52,954 bases of DNA from Parasitella parasitica NRRL 2501 (lineage: Eukaryota > Fungi > Mucoromycota), in NCBI GenBank assembly GCA_025201805.1, contig MU619331.1, positions 73,778-126,731 of the forward strand, in the 5' to 3' direction. Below, piece by piece: positions 12,450 to 25,672 of this stretch. The translations under genes and the position numbers were made by a program. The notes below the pieces were generated by a model. The model did no database searches, was not told where the DNA came from, and saw nothing but the letters and a program-made list of their open reading frames with translations. Each line of letters begins with the position of its first letter. Position 1 is the first letter of the stretch.

Positions 12450-13964
12450 TCACACTTTTTTTATAGTTGAAGAGCCATTTTTCGATAAAGTATACAGATA
12501 AGCCTCTAACCCACCGATACTTATGGGAAGGACGTTATCTACCCTCCATAATTTCTGACACCAGTCGTACTGTAAAACCCTATTCATTAACTTAAGACCC
12601 TGGGTGACAATGTAGGCCTTGCCATCTGGTTTCAAAACTCTATGCATTTGCTTGACAAATTTAGGATAAAGCTTCACAGCATAAAAACTATGAGTACAGC
12701 GAATCTATACAATATACATTATTATTCATCATCATACCCCTTGAATTTGCTGATATGAATTTTCTCTAATTCCCCATGGCCAGTCTAAAATAAATCACAT
12801 TGTTCAATATTTGTAATAAAGCTATTTTAGATCCAAACAGCATACCCGAAACAATAGAATCAATGAAACCATCTCTAAAACAGAGTTTTCTGCCATCACT
12901 CAGCAAAAGGTCTAAATTCTTAAGCTGACAATGTTGAACGTTCCCTAAAGCTTTTTCTACTAATGTCTTGACCTTAACTATACACCAGTAAAGTCATGTG
13001 AGCATCTAAATGTCATCATTGTACATATACTAGTGCACTATACCTTCGCTGCCTAACCAGAAGACGTCTTTAAAACGAGATGCGCCTTCATGTAATGCAA
13101 AATATGGGTAGTCAATCACCCTTCTCTTTAGTTGTAGCAGACTACTTACCCTCTATTGGGATAGTGCCAGTGCCACAGCACATGTCTAGTATGACCTGAC
13201 CTGGTTTCGGATCTGCTACAAGAGCTAAACAATAAGCAATGCATGGATTTAAGCTTGTACGTCCCACGAAAACTCTATTTCGTCGTTTTTGGTTCTGCAA
13301 TGGAATATCGACTCCTAATAGCAGTATAACCGATTCTTCATTCGCCGAGGGATCATCCAAACGATTTAAATATGCACTATCCGACGTTTGAAACCATAAA
13401 GAAACGATCTCGTAAGTAAAATCTGTCATCTTCACTTTCCAATGTTTGAAGAAATCGCTGAATGCGAAGCCAATGTAGCCCGCAATTTCCTGGCTTGGTG
13501 CTTTGTGCTTGATTTGCTCCTTTTTAAATGTAGCTCTGAATGATGTTGTTGTGTTTTCATCTTGAGAATCCTCTGTAATGACGCTATACCAGGGTGCTTT
13601 TTTTGTTTGATCGCTTATATAGTCGTACGTGAGTTGCAGCTCTGCAAATGTGGCAGCTGGGATCACTGATTCAGAGGCAACCAATGTGACACTGTAGATA
13701 CTGAGAAGCTGAACATTTTGGATGTATTGTTTAAGTGCGTCAATGCTATCAGCTGTGCAGAATAGATGGACGCGACCTGTCTTGGGCGCATAGCTGTATA
13801 AGGGTTGCTGTATATCTGCAAGTGTCGCCTCAATGTCTTTGCCTGCTACTGATTCAAAGCCTGATAGGTTTACACTAGGATTCAGCATACAATAGTACGC
13901 CCCATTAAAGCTCATCTTCGTTACCTTCAGGTACATGGAATAACACATGAATTCTCTTTGGCAT
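12450..13964 (-). CDS. THUMP-domain RNA m2G methyltransferase (THUMPD2/THUMPD3/Trm14-like), multi-exon
   Basis: Spliced N-terminus MPKRIHVLFHVPEGFESVA; TSFRAT..., RTSLNPCIAY, SAM motif ILDMCCGTGTIPIEG, motif IV IVSDWPWG, RVLKPDG. Confidence 0.88.
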
Positions 13965-14099
13965 CTTAAGCGAAGGATGAAAGCTACTGCATTGATTGAA
14001 AATATTTTCCTTTTCGTTGTATGCTTGTGGCTTTCAAATACAGATAACAAAATCCAACGTCATGTTTGTTTGGATCATACTTGTCTATCGTAATAAGCA

Positions 14100-14100
<1 letters not shown>

Positions 14101-14160
<60 letters not shown>
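14101..14160. repeat. Poly(dA:dT) tract (60 A) in the divergent THUMP/VPS26 promoter
   Basis: Homopolymer seen directly. Length may be assembly-dependent. Confidence 0.8.
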
Positions 14161-14163
<3 letters not shown>

Positions 14164-14362
14164 CAGTCTGTTACTACAGCCTACTGCCTGACCATCCTCG
14201 AGAGAGGGGGGTACACTCAATGTCTAATCATTCATGACAATGTCAAACATTTCGGCCATTCAAATGCGCACGCAAGAACAACCCGCATAAACAAGCAAAG
14301 GGAGAGATGCTTTTTTGTTATCATTGCAACGCCACTAATTTCAACTCTCTTCTCACACAATC

Positions 14363-15641
14363 ATGGATGTATGTATATGTGGTTATTTGATATTTATATT
14401 TCAGCTTTGTATATATATATACTAAGTAATAGTATGTGAAAAAAAAAGAGCCTGTTTGGAATATCGAAATCGCTAGTGGATATTGATGTAGTGTTCCACA
14501 ATGAAGAACAAAGAAAACAGGCAGAAATTAAAGTTGAGAAAAATAGACGACAAAGGTATCCCATCTATCTTGACGGAGAAACGGTTTCTGGCAAGGTATC
14601 TACAACATACATACGTAAAACGTTAGAGTACTTACTGTAAAATGAAGATTGTGGTCAAGTTACGCGATAAAAAACGAGTGGATCACAATGGCATAAAAGT
14701 TAGCTTTATTGGGAGTATAGGCAGGTTACTAATTCACAAGTTTATGAGGGGACAGGTTCAAGCTAAGCAAATGCTTTATTTAGATCTGTTCCACGAAAGC
14801 AGTAAATCGTATTCATTCCTGAATCTCTCGCAAGATTTAATGTCGACGGGTGAACTAACACAACAGACAACAACGTTTGATTTTGAATTCAAAAACGTGG
14901 AGAAGCAATACGAGTGTTTTAACGGCGCTAATGTACGATTAAGATACTACGTATCACTTGAAATATCACGCAAATTCTCAGACATCATACGAGAGAAAGA
15001 TATTTGGGTATACTGCTACCCGACGTTGCCAACTGAAATCAGTACAAACAAAAAAATGGAAGTTGGCATTGAAGACAGTCTTCATATCGAATTCGAGTAC
15101 AACAAAGACAGGTGAGGAGAAGCCTTAGTGTTTGGCACATAAACAACTACACACACTGACTTGATTCAGGTACCATTTGCGAGACGTCATTGTTGGTAGG
15201 GTATTGTTCTATCTAATAAGAATCAAAATTAAAATGATGGAATTGTCCATCATTAAAAGGGAAACGACCGGATCAAGCAAGTATACATGACACAAGCTGT
15301 TGTATCCGCAATTAATTACTGTGAAATAGCACCTAATCTATATAATCAAAGTGAGAATATCACTAAATTTGAAATAATGGATGGTGCGCCTATCAAGGGA
15401 GAAATTATTCCAATACGATTGTTTCTTGGAGGGTACGAATTGGGACCCACATTTCAAGGTAATACGCATTTGCAACAACAAAAAGATCTACATCAGTCAT
15501 TTGATTTATATTGATTTCGTATGTATATATATAGACATCAATAAGAAGTTCTCTGTAAGGTACTATTTGAATTTGGTGCTAGTCGACGAGGAAAACAGAC
15601 GATATTTCAAACAGCATGAAATATTCATGTATCGCAAATGA
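14363..15641 (+). CDS. VPS26: Retromer subunit Vps26 (multi-exon, one GC-AG intron near 15278)
   Basis: IYLDGETVSGK, HNGIKVSFIG, FEFKNVEKQYE..G.NVRLRY, MEVGIEDSLHIEFEYNK, KFEIMDGAPIKGEIIPIRLFL, NKKFSVRYYLNLVLVDEENRRYFKQ. Confidence 0.95.
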
Positions 15642-15894
15642 ATTTCACCTGATAGAAATCGTCGTCATAGTCATCTATCAGAAAGAGTGCGTGTGTGTAT
15701 TGTGAAGATACAATATCATGGGATGTTGTATATAAAATTGTAACACAAAAGTATATTGCTTTGTAAATTGGGTTATTTCTCTCTCTCTCTGTCTCCATTA
15801 TTTAATATCTCTAAAATAACAAAGGCACAAATGATGTATTATTTGTCTTTTGAGGTATTTTATCTATTTCTATCTTAACCTACATATTCGCCTC

Positions 15895-15908
15895 GTTGCT
15901 ATGGAAAC
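15895..15908 (+). promoter_or_regulatory. RFX X-box-like element
   Basis: GTTGCTATGGAAAC fits the X-box consensus; ~340 bp upstream of the kinase ATG. Confidence 0.45.
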
Positions 15909-16244
15909 TCGTTGGCCATGAAATGCGTTGTATAAATTGTACAAAGGGAATCTCTAAATTGGGAGGCAGCATCTCTCTCAGTCAGAGGGACGAAAAAAGC
16001 TAATGATACACGCAACCCGGCGTCGTTTGTGCCATTGGATATACAAGCCACGACGGATCTCCTTCAAAAGTTGAGGCATTTTCACAATCTTGAATTTTCT
16101 GTGTCAGCCAAGAATACCCCAAATAAGGCACTATTTTGTCGGCTCCTGGTGATACAAAGAAACACTCCTGTATATAAAGAGGTTCTTTTTATTTTATTTT
16201 TTCATCTTTCAAAAAAAAAAAAAAACATTTAACAAGCCAAAATT

Positions 16245-17563
16245 ATGAGCACTACGGCAGCATACTCTACTAATGTGCATCGATTGTCACCTGGAGATAA
16301 CTGGCTGAACGACAACAAAGCATCCCCTCTTGTAGTAAATGAAAATACAAAACAACAAGCAAATTTATCAATCACAAATTACCTGAACATGAGTCTTAAC
16401 AGCTCAACCACTTTGTCGACAAACTCATCTACTGTGTCAATCAACAATAAACCGTGTAACAATATCAATCTTGATTGCTATAATCAATCCCTTTCATCAA
16501 CCGCATCTATCAACTCAAACAATAATCTTTCTAGACAGTCATCCAGTAATTGCAGTCGAAGACATCGTGCAGATACTCCTAGCTTGAAAGAATATGGCGA
16601 ATGCTACAAAAGACTTGGCCAAGGTACAACTGCAGTTGTTATGGTTGTTCGGAAGTTAGATCAAGAAGGTAGATCAGAAAAGCTGTATGCCATCAAGCAG
16701 TTCCGCAAAAAACAAAAACACGAGAGCGACAAAACCTACATGAAGAAGCTAACCAGTGAATTTTGCATTTCTTCGACATTTCAGCACCCCAATATTGTCG
16801 AAACTATTGATTTAGTTTTAGACGATAAAAAGCGATACTGTACAGTGATGGAATATGTAATGTATCAAATCTTTTGTTTATATGACAAAATACCTAACAT
16901 GACAATCCTCATATCCAGTGTCCTGGGGGAGATTTGTTTTCACGTATCATGGCCGAACGTATGACTGAAATCGAGATTGCATGCTGTTTCAAACAAATGG
17001 TACAGGGCTTATCTTATCTTCATTCAGTAGGTGTCGCTCACCGTGATATTAAGCCTGAAAATCTACTTTTGACTATGGATGGCAAACTCAAAATCACTGA
17101 CTTCGGTGTCTCCGATGTATATCGCTTTCCTTGGGAGTCAAAAGGCCGTTCAAGTAAAGGCCTTGTTGGCTCTGAGCCTTATATTGCCCCTGAAGCCTTT
17201 CAAGACAAAGAATACTGTGGTGCTTCCGCTGATGTTTGGTCGGCTGGTATTGTCTTTTATTGCCTTAGCTTGGGTGGTCTTGCATGGCACAAAGCAAAGA
17301 AGTCCGATAGCTCTTATTGTGGATACGTTCGCGCATTTGAAAAGAATGAAACATTTGAACTGTTTCGTCCATTATCAAATCATCAGAAGCGAATCCTGCG
17401 TAGAATGCTCGACCCAAATCCAGAATCGCGCATTACAGCCAATGAATTGCTGCAAGATCCTTACTTGCAATCCATTGCTGTGTGCCATAACTCAATTGAT
17501 GCGCATGGCCAAGTTCACAAACATACAGACGGTGTTCAGCCTATCTGTACTATAACAAAATAA
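16245..17563 (+). CDS. HAL/NPR-family Ser/Thr kinase (Hrk1/Sat4/Oca2-like); intron 16857-16918
   Basis: LGQGTTAVV, YAIKQF, KKLTSEFCISS (family signature), HRDIKPENLL, DFG, GSEPYIAPE, DVWSAG. Confidence 0.93.
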
Positions 17564-20141
17564 TATAATTTGAAACTGTTTAGACTTACTTGTATACCAC
17601 CACATATTTATTATCTCATTCCCTTACCATTCTTTTATGTAATCTGTATATGCAATCCCCCCCCCCATTTCATTTTCACTGCTATATATGTTAAATCATG
17701 TTATATCCAAATAAATTCTCATATGGATTAGATGCGTAAATAAACATATGTATTCCTGACTTGATTACTGGAAATAATCATAATTTTTAACCTGATAATA
17801 TATTAAAGAACCAGTTTTCTTTGTTATCGACTTGTATTGCTTAAAATTACAATATAAATAGCTTTCGCTGCGCCTAGAACAAAGAGAAAACGGCATCTCC
17901 TCTACCCCCGCCACGATGAATAAGAGTCCAATAAGTCTACATATTATGACACACATTCTTTCATTTCTATTCCCTTCAAAAAATAAAACTCTATTTCTTT
18001 CTTGGCATAATATGTCTTGTTCCTGGCTTCTCTTTAATTCTGTCGAGTACCAGGTTTAGTGTATTATATTTGAAATTTCGCTGTGGTATTTCACGCATAC
18101 ACAGGATTTTATTTTCAACCAACAAGCTGACCCTGGAGGTGGTATAAGAACGAGGCAACTGTATATACAGGCTTATAAACTTTAAATCGGTGAAACCATG
18201 AACTGTGGCTATGATCAGAATGACCAAACTTACTTGTTTGCCACCGTACTACCGTGCTCTAGTCCATTATGTACCTGTATTCGGAAGGCACATATTAGTA
18301 ACTTCTTCCCGTGTTCCGCTCTAGACATAATGCGCATCGGAAAAAGGGGCACAATGTATTTTTGTCTACATTGGAAAGCAAGACATTTTAACGATGCTTG
18401 CCTGTCTCCTAACAAAAGAGGCACGATCCATCAGAAACACTCCTCAATTGGCCACCGGTTAATTTCATGCCTCGCATGAGCATAAAGCACGAAAACAGCT
18501 TTCTGCAATGTTGACTCTGGATTGTCTGATTTTATTACATTTGCCTTAATGCTATCTTGTGTAATACTCGAAATATCCGATTATCTTTTTGAACCTAGCG
18601 GCGTCCCATACATCCTATTGAAGACAAACCTTTTTTTTTTTTTTTNNNNNNNNNNTTACATACATTAGACTGAAATACTCTGCATTATTATGAATGAAGC
18701 TTGAATATGCGGACGATACTGCGCTTATAAACATTTGGAGGCTTTCATTTGTATAATTCTATTAAACCAAAACATGATTATGATCAACTTTCACGATAAC
18801 CTTCACCTTATTCACCTTTTTAGTTGCCATGTATATCAGTATCCACTTGGAGTCATTATAAACAACAGTATCAGCCCCTTCAGCACTAGAAACTTCTTTG
18901 AAGTATGAAAAAGTCAGAAGAATATAGGAATTTGGCAAGCTTTGTTTTCTCAAACATAGGCATTAATTGATTAATTTTTGTTAGTTACTAAATGAATACG
19001 ATGTATACTGATATATAAGACTTTTCAATCAACGTAAAAGCATATTTCTTAAAACCATTGATGCGACACCAGAATAACCATTATAGATTTAAATAACTTG
19101 CAATTTGATGACAACCTTATGAAAAGCTAAAACTGGAACTTGCATTTGATTATAATAAGTCGAAAATGACAATGCTCAATTCCACTAAGATGAAAAGACA
19201 TTATAATTAGTACTAGCAAGCCATGAAATAACACTCTTTTGGCCATAACTTTTGCAAAATAGACTGCAAAATCAAGACTAGACAGGTATACGATGTCTTG
19301 GATCCACACTATTTGATAAATATCTTGTGCAAAAAACATAAAAAACACATAAAAAAAAGCACCGCTTTTATTTTCTTCAAGGTTACTCTTTATGAAAACT
19401 AGATCCTTCCAGAAAACGGCATTGAGGAAGCAGTGGCATGATTTGCAAGATGTACCTATCCGAATTGTCTTGCTATGTTCATTTAATTGGCAGACATGAT
19501 TTCATGCTGACATATATTCCATAACCTAGTGTTTTCGAAGTTTTGACATCTGGTTGATTTAGAATTGATACATCAGAGTGCTTAGCCAGGAAGATTCAAT
19601 AGAACTACATTAAATATGGAAAGTTTTCGTCTTTGAAAATGAATATGAGGGCAAGAGCGACGAATGTCAGGCATTATTGACTTGGACTGAAAGGTATGTT
19701 TAGTGATTTTTTTATGGCTACCTTGATAAACGTCAAATCCAAACACTGTTAGACTTTGGTAACTACTTCAAAATTATATGGGCGGACAATTTGCAGTGGT
19801 TGGAAGGCACTCAACGACGTTTTGGTTCTCATCCCAAACTTATTTTTTTAATAGAGAAATCGATTTTAAAAAGGTGTGTGTGTGTGGGGGGGGGGTAATG
19901 ATTGACACCCTTTTTTTAAAGAGCATATAAACGTTGAACATAAAGGTGTAATATGAAGGAAATTTTAAATGCATATGTAGCACGGATAATTGAGGTAAAC
20001 AAAAGGTTTTAGTCTATTTTGCCTATTAGTGTAAATGACAGCTGTAGAATGTCGTATTTGTGCGACACAAGTAATATATATTTTTTGTTTGTATGGAGAC
20101 CTTGGTCTCGATTTCATTGAGGCACAAGTAATATATATAAT

Positions 20142-21263
20142 TTATTTAATACAAATAGCATTTGGAGGAGAAGCAACGCCGTTTTCCTTGTTTAAAGGAG
20201 CACTAGTAAAAAAGTAAGTGTAGACATTGTCTTTTGCAGAATCTTCGGCCAGTGCTTCCAAGTAAAACATCTCACCGATTGGCATACCCCAACCACCGAG
20301 GAAGCAGGCATCTATTTAATGAGAAAAAAAAAAAAAACGTCGTCAAGTACTAGGTATTAATGATGACTAAAAAAATGCAAGGATAAACTTACGGCAGGAC
20401 TTTGTCCAGTCAGTAGGCGGGAAAGCTTCGAAAGGAAAATTATCTGACGCCACGGCAGCGAAATGATGATTCCACATCCATCTAAAAGTATCTTCGCATG
20501 CCTTGACACCAGCGCAGCTAGGACTCTTTGGATCTGTAATCTTTTCTTTGACTTGGTCGCCGTATCTTTCAAAAGCTTCCATCCAACCAGTGCGAACCAT
20601 CAAAATGTCACCAATCTCAAACGTAACGCCTTGAGCCTCAGCAACCTTGTCCAGTTCCTGCACAGTGATTTCGATTCTCTCAAAAGGATCGTAGGTTGGG
20701 TTGGTTTTAGCCGCCCATCTGCCATAATCAAGCAAAACAGCACGACCAGCGATGCCACGGCGAGCCATATGATGGATGGCAAGACGTCCATTGGATTCAG
20801 GGTTTCCTCTCGCAACCTCAGATGGCTTTACTCCATTATAGAACCTGCCAGAATCGAAATGGGCTACATGACGGAGGCCATCCCACTGGGTGGAAGATTG
20901 CGTATTAAAGTTATTGTAGCAATCATCAAATGACAGGTTGCCAGGTCCTAAGGGTCTGTATGAATGCTGGATTTCGGATCTCCCAAAAAGAACAGGTTGA
21001 GGCGATTCCAGTTTCCAATTGAGCGGGAAAACACTGCCTCTACGGACGCATTTAGAAGCCTACGACTGTGTCAGTATATATACTTTCAATGAGATATCTC
21101 CATGCTGTAGTATTACATTAGCGACTCGTTCCTCGGTCAGTAAATTCAATGTGCCCAGATTATCGTCTTCTCCCCAAATACCCCAAGCAGTTTTGGGGGG
21201 ATATTTAGGGTCGACAGGGAGTTGATCGTAGGAGGGTAATTGAGCAGTGCTTTTGTCAGTCAT
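20142..21263 (-). CDS. Putative cyclase / kynurenine-formamidase-like metal hydrolase (3 exons)
   Basis: AWGIWGEDDNLGTLNLLT, QSSTQWDGLRH, GIAGRAVLLDY, GDILMVRTGW, AAVASDN, GWGMPIGEMF, GVASPPNAICIK*. Confidence 0.92.
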
Positions 21264-21410
21264 ACCTAGAAAGGGGGATATTATAGCGTATCAATTTAGG
21301 ACAAAAAGAAAGTGAACATGGCCCACTCCTTTTATACATTCGCAGTAGAAAAATCAAGCTGAATTCGTGGGAAACGATTTGTATTTTATTGTCTTTATGT
21401 GTGAGGATTT

Positions 21411-22155
21411 TCATTCTTTTTGTGCCTCTCTCTCGAGCAAAATCTGCTTATATTTTGGCTGCTCCTCTTTGGGGATGACTGTAAAGCATTTCTGTGTGAA
21501 TTTGTTGATTGAAAATGCGGTCACCTCATCCTGCCCATCGCATAACTCCTTCAACTTGGCATCGCATTTCAAGACACGTTTATCAGTCTCTGACTGCAAA
21601 CCATGCTCTCTGATATAATCCCACATTTTCTTCACTGTCTGAGGACGTGAGCACTGTACAGGCCCATTTTTTTTTTTTTTTTTTTTTTAGCTCAAATACC
21701 TCGGGAAAAGATTTTCTCCTCAACTTACCAGATCTGTCTTGATAATGTCACTCAATGGCGGTGATACCTTGAGTAGCTGCCAGTCGATTACTCTCTTTTC
21801 TTTAGCTTCCTTCTTCTTTCTTGGCGCTGCTGGTTTTTTGATAGTTGCTGGTGTAGTTTTCTTGACCACCTTGGCCTCGATCTCATCAGCTCTACTCACC
21901 ACAGACGATGTCTTTTGTTGCTGGAAACTTACAAAAATGTCGCCGATGAACGCATTGATTTCTTTTTTAATAGGGTCTAGAGAAGCGCCTGTTTGGGACT
22001 CCAGTTTACGGCGAATAGTTTTTGTACTGATGGTGGAGAGGTCGGCGTCCCTTAAGATTGCTATTTTGGCATTTTCGTGTTTAACAGCTTTGACAGAAAC
22101 AGCAATTGCACCCTTATCATTTACCTTCGATATTGGCACGATATTTCTCACACAT
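21411..22155 (-). CDS. DEK-C + SWIB/MDM2 domain protein (Uaf30/Tri1/Spp27-like)
   Basis: Spliced MCEKYRANIEAILRDADLSTISTKTIRRKLE (DEK-C) and SRPQTVKKMWDYIREHGLQ...CDAKLKEL (SWIB). Confidence 0.88.
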
Positions 22156-22590
22156 GGTCGCTATTGAGAAATTGTTTCCAGAACAACACTAATAGTAACA
22201 ATAAAAATAAAAAAATAAAAAATACAAAAGATAAGGGGAAAAATGCCATGTAAACGGAGGATATTACCGTTTATATTTGTATATGTACCGTATAATAGGC
22301 TGTATCAATTTTGCAGACTACCTGCACTCCAGTGAGCCGAAACGGTGAATTTTTAATTGGGCATTCGAGCATAATAAAAGCTATATTTAACGTGTTAAAC
22401 TTGTATAAACACAGACATAGTACAGCATCTTAAAATTGGAAATCACTTGCTCTCGATGGTGTATAGCACACAGTGTTTTGTTTGCATTTTTTGTCACTAA
22501 GCAAATGTTTTGTAGTCCGCATCAGTCAATAGGACACGTTGTCGAAGGTAAAATAGATTGGCCCTCTTCTTTCATCCAACTGTAAAAACC

Positions 22591-23695
22591 ATGTCCTTCC
22601 AGGCAACTGCATTTGCGTTCCTGTTCCCAGGAAACGCTATGACCAATTCTCTTCTGGCCACAGCCTACATTTCCATCTTTCCAAACCTGCTCTTGTACTT
22701 TGTTCCTCCTGACATCAATACGGGATCTCTAAATGTATTGGTCAGCTTTGCTGTTGGTAGGTGTATTAGAATAGTCAATACAGACATGCATGCATTGGTT
22801 GCTCATCCAGCTAACAGGCGGTCTTCTCGGCGATGTGTTTCTTCATCTACTGCCTCACGCGTTTTTGGGAGAACACACTGAAGAAAACGCTGTTGTAGTC
22901 GTCGACAATCACAAGAACGTCGTTATCGGCCTCGGCATCTTTGTAGGGTTATTCTTCTTTTTCTTTATGGACAAGATGATGAGAGTATTTAATGGCGGGA
23001 GCGGTCATAGCCACGACCATAAACACGCTCAAGAGGATCAACATGTTGAGCCCACCGCTACGTCGACTGCTGTCAAAGAGAAGCAAGCTGAATCTGTGCA
23101 TCAGCGCAACAAGCAAGTGGCGGAACAAGTCAAGAAGGAAGTAAAGATGCAAGAAGGCATTAAATTGAGCGCCTACCTTAATCTGCTGGCTGATTTCACC
23201 CACAACATGACCGACGGCCTTGCTATGGCTGCTTCTTTCTATGCTTCACCGGCCGTTGGTGCTACTACTGCTGTTGCTGTCTTTTTCCATGAAATTCCTC
23301 ACGAAGTTGGCGATTATGCCATCTTGATTCAATCTGGTTTCAGCAAGCAAAGGGCCATGATGGCACAATTTACTACTGCTATAGGCGCTTTCTTGGGTAC
23401 GATTATTGGCATCATGATCGAGGAATCATCGCTTTCCAATAAAGATGCTGATGAAAAGGCTGGAGTTACGGATGCTGTTGGTTTAATGGGCACTGATCTT
23501 CGATGGGGAGACCTTGTCATTCCGTTTGCTGCCGGCGGGTTCCTGTATATTGCTACGGTTGGTGTCATTCCAGAATTGTTAGAGGTTACTGGTAACGTCA
23601 AAAAGGACAGAAAACAAGCTATCACTGAATTCTTTGCCATGTTTGTTGGATTGGGTTTAATGCTTTTTATTGCTTGGAATGATATCCCTGCCTAG
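22591..23695 (+). CDS. LIV-1/ZIP7-type zinc transporter (Yke4-like); intron 22757-22817
   Basis: SFAVGGLLGDVFLHLLPHAF, His-rich loop GHSHDHKH, LNLLADFTHNMTDGLA, HEIPHEVGD. Confidence 0.95.
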
Positions 23696-23720
23696 ATTCA
23701 TCATGTATAAATAAATTATG

Positions 23721-25423
23721 CTAATCGCTATCTTCGTCATCTGAGCTCGAGAGCTCTTCTTCTTCATCGTCCTCTTCTATAAATTATATAAAAAAAAACA
23801 CACAATGTGAGCAATTTGGGCTTGAAATATACAGGATGCAACTTACTGAATAACGCTCTGAGGGACATTGGCCCTGCTGCAGCGCTATTTTGCGGAGGAG
23901 GTCTATTTGTCGGTGTGGGTGTATTGCTTTCATACGGAGATTTTTTGAAATTAGACGGCGATGGCATACCGGGAGTATTGACACGGCTTGGCTGTTGCGA
24001 TTGCTGTGGGTGCTGCGGTGAAGGTGGGGCAGATGGTCCTCCTTTTGACAGACTCATAGAGATATCGTTTGCCAGAGACTCAAAATCCATGTCGTCGCTG
24101 CTGCTACTACCACTGTCACTCTCACTTCCACTGGACGATTCTGTGCTTCCAGATTCTGATCCAGAGCTCGAATCGTCATCCTCCTCGTCACTAGACCCAC
24201 TCGAAGACGATGTGTCGCTGCGGGTTGTCTTTAATTTCTTTGCGGGATGGTTGAGATTTGGATTAGTTGCTGGCGGGATAGCAGCTACTGGACATGCGAT
24301 TCCAGGATGACGGATAGGCGCTGATGCCATTTTGACTTTACGCTTTTTGGTGCTGGCGCTATTGTTATTGTTTTGTACGGGTGATGGATGACGAATCTGC
24401 TGAGGCGTTGCAGGCAGAGCAAGGTTGATTGGTATATTGGGAGATGCAGGTAACGATGGTGTTTTTGGTAGGTTTAATGGCGAGGCAATGTTTTGTGGAG
24501 GCGGTGCAATTGGAGCAGCGATTTCTTCAAATACGTCTGAATCTGATTCAGACTCACTTTTGTCATCTTCGACATCACTATCCAAGATGGCGTCCATGTC
24601 CTTTGAAATGTCAAAATCGAAATCGTCCCCATTGAAAGCGTCATCCTGGTCTATTGATTTGTTTTGGCTCTGCACTGGTGGTTGTGCAGGAGCAGGAGCA
24701 GGAGCAAGAGCAAGAGCAAGAGCAGGAGCAGGAGCAGGAGCAGAAGCAGAAGCAGGAGTAGGTGCTGGCGCTGGTGCTGGTGCTGGTGCTGGTGGCAAGT
24801 GTAATGGTTGTGCCACAGCAGTGTTATTAGCTGCTGGAATGGGCGGTGTATGTATAAATGGTTTTGGTACAGGTGAATGGTTTAGTTGGCCATTGGGCAA
24901 TTCTAATTTTCTATTTGTCAGGTTAATCTGTGCACTCTGGCGTTCGAGTGTAAATGTCTGATGGACAAAGTTGTCAATAACCTTATTGAGTCTGGGGGGG
25001 TCAACATTCTGCCTACCTTGGTTTCGTCATTGAAAATGAGTATACAGTTGTATTCTTCGTCGGCTGTTACTTGGGCATCATACATGACATTTGGTTTCTT
25101 TTTTTTTATTTTTCTTTTTGTTAAAATCTCTTGCTTAAATATCGAGTCGTCCTTTCTGGGATACTCACGTTTGCATGCTTCATTTCTACCTGGTATCTCT
25201 CGTTTTTCTTTTCTAGTTTGGCCTCTTTGCCAAATATGCCTTTGTCAGAGCTGCCTGCATCTGTTTGTTGTCCTTGGACGGTTAATACAGCTGGATCATA
25301 TACTTTTTCTGCAGACCTACGTTTGACACCGAAAAACTTTTGAGCCTTCTTTTTGGGCTTCACATCAAACGATTTGCCCAGCACTACTTTGAACTGTCCG
25401 CTTTCCAAGAATTCAAAAGCCAT
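23721..25423 (-). CDS. ELL-associated factor (EAF)-domain protein with Pro/Ser/acidic low-complexity tail (4 exons)
   Basis: N-terminus with VVLGKSF...CILIFNDETK/TFTLER, as in the EAF domain; PA repeats; SDE-rich tracts; ends LSSSDDEDSD*. Confidence 0.72.
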
Positions 25424-25490
25424 GGATTATATGAATAGTAAACAAAAAGAAGGGGCAGAGTAACGCTGGTTTTATGGTTATACTTTGAGG

Positions 25491-25535
<45 letters not shown>
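25491..25535. repeat. Poly(dA:dT) tract upstream of the EAF-like gene
   Basis: 45-nt homopolymer seen directly. Confidence 0.8.
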
Positions 25536-25537
<2 letters not shown>

Positions 25538-25672
25538 GAGTAGCAATAGAAGAAATAGGGTGGTGATGCGTTCGTCTGTGTGTTTGTAATAGCTATTGAT
25601 GGAGTCTTAAATAAAATGCTACACGACTGGTCATCGGATCAGGAAGACAATGGAGCAGATGGGCTTCTTTGT

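Noticed and set aside
13984-14439. Poly-Lys/poly-Phe ORFs (also 36507-36828)
   Set aside because: Artefacts of homopolymer tracts and gaps.
15649-15681. Hairpin CTGATAGA...TCTATCAG after the VPS26 TGA (SECIS/readthrough idea)
   Set aside because: No SECIS core, and the Vps26 fold is already complete at this stop.
17700-20100. Short ORFs in the long kinase-cyclase interval
   Set aside because: No recognisable motifs or coherent splice model. Possibly decayed remnants, but unsupported.
23807-25343. + strand ORFs including GA-repeat peptides
   Set aside because: Antisense shadows of the low-complexity EAF-like gene.
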